A DNA stretch of 10,082 nt from assembly GCA_964447495.1 (NCBI GenBank), contig CAYUTF010000104.1:1-10082 (forward strand), read 5' to 3'. Positions 8,339 through 10,082 of the stretch are shown one piece after another (within the stretch, counting starts at the first letter, position 1; the number at the start of each line of letters is the position of its first letter). A program made the position numbers and the translations under genes. The notes under the pieces were generated by a model. It was given only the letters and a program-made list of their open reading frames with translations. It made no database searches and had not been told where the DNA came from. The stretch is from an uncultured archaeon. GTDB taxonomy: Archaea > Asgardarchaeota > Lokiarchaeia > Sigyniarchaeales > SOKP01.

Positions 8339-8629
8339 GATACACTGTAGGTATAGATCAAATTACGTGAAATTCATGTTTCACGATCTGTTTACTAGTA
8401 GTGTGATATCACTTTTGAAATATTTATTCTCACTTTGATTTCTTCATGAGAATAATTCGGATATAAGGAATATATCTCTTTGGAGGAAATAGTTTAACCA
8501 AAACATCTTACTAGGGGATATTAGACTTAAGATATATTTTGTTATGGATTCAAATCTTTATTGGAGGGATTGAATCTAAAGTTAAGATACGAGATCGCAA
8601 AATTGTAAATGAAACGAATACCCCCTTTT
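8339..8629 (+). other. Hairpin-dense intergenic segment (candidate structured RNA, origin or bidirectional terminator)
   Basis: Stems at 8366-72/8379-85 (extendable to 8341/8405), 8424-32/8447-55, 8459-65/8471-77, 8505-10/8528-33 and 8546-59/8565-77. Long-range pair 8514-22/8617-24. Palindromes TACTAGTA and GTGATATCAC. Confidence 0.35.
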
Positions 8630-8632
8630 CTC

Positions 8633-8878
8633 TCAAAAAATACTAGGCCAGGAAATAAAAAAAGAAATAAATGTTTCTGGTTTGCTTTCATGTATTCCAA
8701 GTTGTATTGTATTTTGTTTATATAAATATTTATTATATAAATATTCATTTGGACTATCATGATAAGAATATCTAAGAAGATATTGAAATTCTTTCCATTC
8801 TTTATCGTTTAATGGTTTTAATTTATCCAATTTATCCAGATATTCTTCAAATTCCTGTTCGGTAAATTTTTCACTCAT
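8633..8878 (-). CDS. Hypothetical protein B' (81 aa), paralog of 9021-9353; possibly C-terminally truncated
   Basis: GGTGA RBS at 8892-8888 and ATGA overlap with the upstream Cys-rich ORF. The first ~48 aa are nearly identical to 9021-9353. Confidence 0.7.
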   Translation of the reverse strand: MSEKFTEQEFEEYLDKLDKLKPLNDKEWKEFQYLLRYSYHDSPNEYLYNKYLYKQNTIQLGIHESKPETFISFFISWPSIF

Positions 8879-8880
8879 TT
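8733..8880. repeat. Direct repeat copy 1 (148 bp, 138/148 identical to 9208-9355)
   Basis: Manual ungapped alignment gives 10 mismatches, a 75-bp perfect core at 8780-8854 and a 475-bp offset. Confidence 0.95.
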
Positions 8881-9024
8881 TTTTCCTTCACCAATGGTAG
8901 TATTTTCAATTCCTTTATTTTGTTCATATTCTTTATAAAATCCACATAAAATATGTTTCGTAGTATTACAAAAATCATCAACAATATAATATTTACAGAT
9001 AAATCTATATGGACATTCCATCAT
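8875..9024 (-). CDS. Small Cys-rich protein C (49 aa, C-x5-C-x8-C-x7-C), putative metal-binding; not in ORF track
   Basis: Translates as MMECPYRFICKYYIVDDFCNTTKHILCGFYKEYEQNKGIENTTIGEGKK*. It fills the gap exactly, with ATGA stop/start overlaps at both ends (9024-9021 and 8878-8875). Confidence 0.8.
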   Translation of the reverse strand: MMECPYRFICKYYIVDDFCNTTKHILCGFYKEYEQNKGIENTTIGEGKK

Positions 9025-9353
9025 TTTTTTTGACCTGCCATATTACATCCAAATTTATTTTTAATATATCCAAAAAGAGTATAATTGGGTAGACGCATCT
9101 CTTTATCATGTCTTTTCAATGGTTTTTTCACTATCAATTTTGGATCTGGTGCTGGTATGACTTTATATTTTCCAAAAAGTGTTTTGCTTCTCTTATCTAA
9201 ATAGCTCTTATATAAATATTCATTTGGGCTAGCATGATAAGAACTTCTAATGATATATTGAAATTCTTTCCATTCTTTATCGTTTAATGGTTTTAATTTA
9301 TCCAATTTATCCAGATATTCTTCAAATTCTTGTTCGGTAAAATATTCACTCAT
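9021..9353 (-). CDS. Hypothetical protein B (110 aa), paralog of 8633-8878
   Basis: GAGGT RBS upstream. Acidic helical N-terminus shared with B', followed by a basic C-terminus. Confidence 0.75.
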   Translation of the reverse strand: MSEYFTEQEFEEYLDKLDKLKPLNDKEWKEFQYIIRSSYHASPNEYLYKSYLDKRSKTLFGKYKVIPAPDPKLIVKKPLKRHDKEMRLPNYTLFGYIKNKFGCNMAGQKK

Positions 9354-9355
9354 TT
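9208..9355. repeat. Direct repeat copy 2 (148 bp, 93% identical to 8733-8880)
   Basis: Manual ungapped alignment, as for copy 1. Confidence 0.95.
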
Positions 9356-9365
9356 CTTTTTAACC

Positions 9366-9641
9366 TCATCGGTATATTAGAGGAATAGATTCAGAGATGT
9401 GAAACTTCTTTCGAATCTCTTGTTCAACCTTTTTAAAATCCGAATATTTAAAAGGAGCATATCCTAATTTTTTTCTAATTTCATATTGTCTTACTAAATA
9501 GGTTAATGAAGTTAATTTTGCGATATATAAACTTACGCTTTGAATATATAGTTCTATAGGCAATTTCTTATTCGATAAAACTCTTCGTAGAGAAATTTCG
9601 ACATCTGTTTTAGCTTTTAAAAAACCATTTTTTTCTTTCAT
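9366..9641 (-). CDS. Hypothetical basic protein A' (~91 aa), distant paralog of 9667-10035
   Basis: Start moved from 9770 to ATG 9641, which has GGTGA 8 nt upstream and removes a 104-bp overlap. ATG 9656 is an alternative start. Ends in EQEIRKKFHISESIPLIYR. Confidence 0.7.
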   Translation of the reverse strand: MKEKNGFLKAKTDVEISLRRVLSNKKLPIELYIQSVSLYIAKLTSLTYLVRQYEIRKKLGYAPFKYSDFKKVEQEIRKKFHISESIPLIYR

Positions 9642-9666
9642 TTTTTCAATCACCATTAGAAAAAAA

Positions 9667-10035
9667 TTATTTATAAAGTAGAGGGATATAATCAGGAATT
9701 GTATATTTTTTTCGTAGTTTTTGTTCGGCTTCTCTTTTGAATTTAGCATGAGAATAAATAATAGTTTCACCCTTCATCATTCTTAATGTGGTCTCGTCCC
9801 ATTCCATATATCCTATTATAAGTCGCATAAGCTTTTTGGTGCCAAAGATTGTTCTTTTTCCGTTTTGGGACTTCAGTTGTTCTAAATCTTTGAGATTGTT
9901 TTTTAATCTCTCCTCCCATACTAGTCGTGTTTTAAGAAAAGCATCTCTATTTCTTTTCAATTGTCCATAATAGGAAGTATCTGCTTTTGTTGGTGTTTTA
10001 TTGATTTCTTTATTTTTTTTATTTGTTTTATTCAT
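9667..10035 (-). CDS. Hypothetical basic protein A (~122 aa), distant paralog of 9366-9641
   Basis: The track's GTG 10044 lies inside the GAGGTGA RBS, so ATG 10035 (5 nt downstream of the RBS) is the likelier start. Ends in EQKLRKKYTIPDYIPLLYK. Confidence 0.75.
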   Translation of the reverse strand: MNKTNKKNKEINKTPTKADTSYYGQLKRNRDAFLKTRLVWEERLKNNLKDLEQLKSQNGKRTIFGTKKLMRLIIGYMEWDETTLRMMKGETIIYSHAKFKREAEQKLRKKYTIPDYIPLLYK

Positions 10036-10082
10036 TTTTTTCACCTCTCAAATTAAATAATACAAAATTGTAAATAAAAACC

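Noticed and set aside
8315-8635. SECIS element / selenocysteine read-through, tRNA, RNase P or SRP RNA
   Set aside because: The 7793 gene has no in-frame TGA. Read-through of the B' TGA adds only 16 unremarkable codons. No cloverleaf, GAGGAAAGUCC or SRP helix-8 motif was found.
8718-8745. 13-bp tandem TTATATAAATATT (period 15) at the repeat edge as a target-site duplication
   Set aside because: It is pure A/T and matches the YLY..YL.K pattern also present in paralog B without a gap, so it is not an insertion scar.
8542-8760. Minus-strand 72-aa ORF
   Set aside because: It overlaps B' out of frame, has no RBS and has low-complexity composition. B/B' homology continues in the B' frame, so no frameshift is needed.
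8672-9355. Diversity-generating retroelement TR/VR pair
   Set aside because: Mismatches are not adenine-specific: in the 148-bp block only 4 of 10 are A in either copy on the coding strand. The repeat covers gene 5' ends, and no reverse transcriptase is in the window.
9788-9970. Plus-strand 60-aa ORF
   Set aside because: Antisense shadow inside gene A.
1-10082. CRISPR array, IS element or integrase
   Set aside because: No regularly spaced repeats, transposase or recombinase motifs, or terminal inverted repeats flanking an ORF were seen.

Overview
AT-rich, archaeal-looking window: GGTGA/GAGGT ribosome-binding motifs and a C-terminal PCNA-type PIP-box-like motif are visible. Gene style suggests Asgard/Lokiarchaeia, but that is inference only. 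The left ~8.3 kb looks chromosomal. It holds the 3' end of an L-fucose/L-arabinose isomerase-family gene, an orphan beta-class N6A/N4C DNA methyltransferase, an MgtC/DUF4010 membrane protein, two tandem coiled-coil paralogs, a DUF72 protein, two uncharacterised membrane proteins and a possible PC4-like protein. The coiled-coil paralogs share a conserved head and a SHOCT-like tail, and one appears to start at ATA, 67 codons upstream of the ORF-track start. A ~300-bp hairpin-rich intergenic region follows. The right ~1.4 kb is a tightly packed minus-strand cassette of five small unknown genes arranged A-A'-B-C-B'. It contains two paralog pairs (one with a 148-bp 93%-identical DNA repeat) and a 49-aa four-Cys microprotein missing from the ORF track. 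No rRNA, tRNA, CRISPR array, transposase, integrase or reverse transcriptase was recognised.
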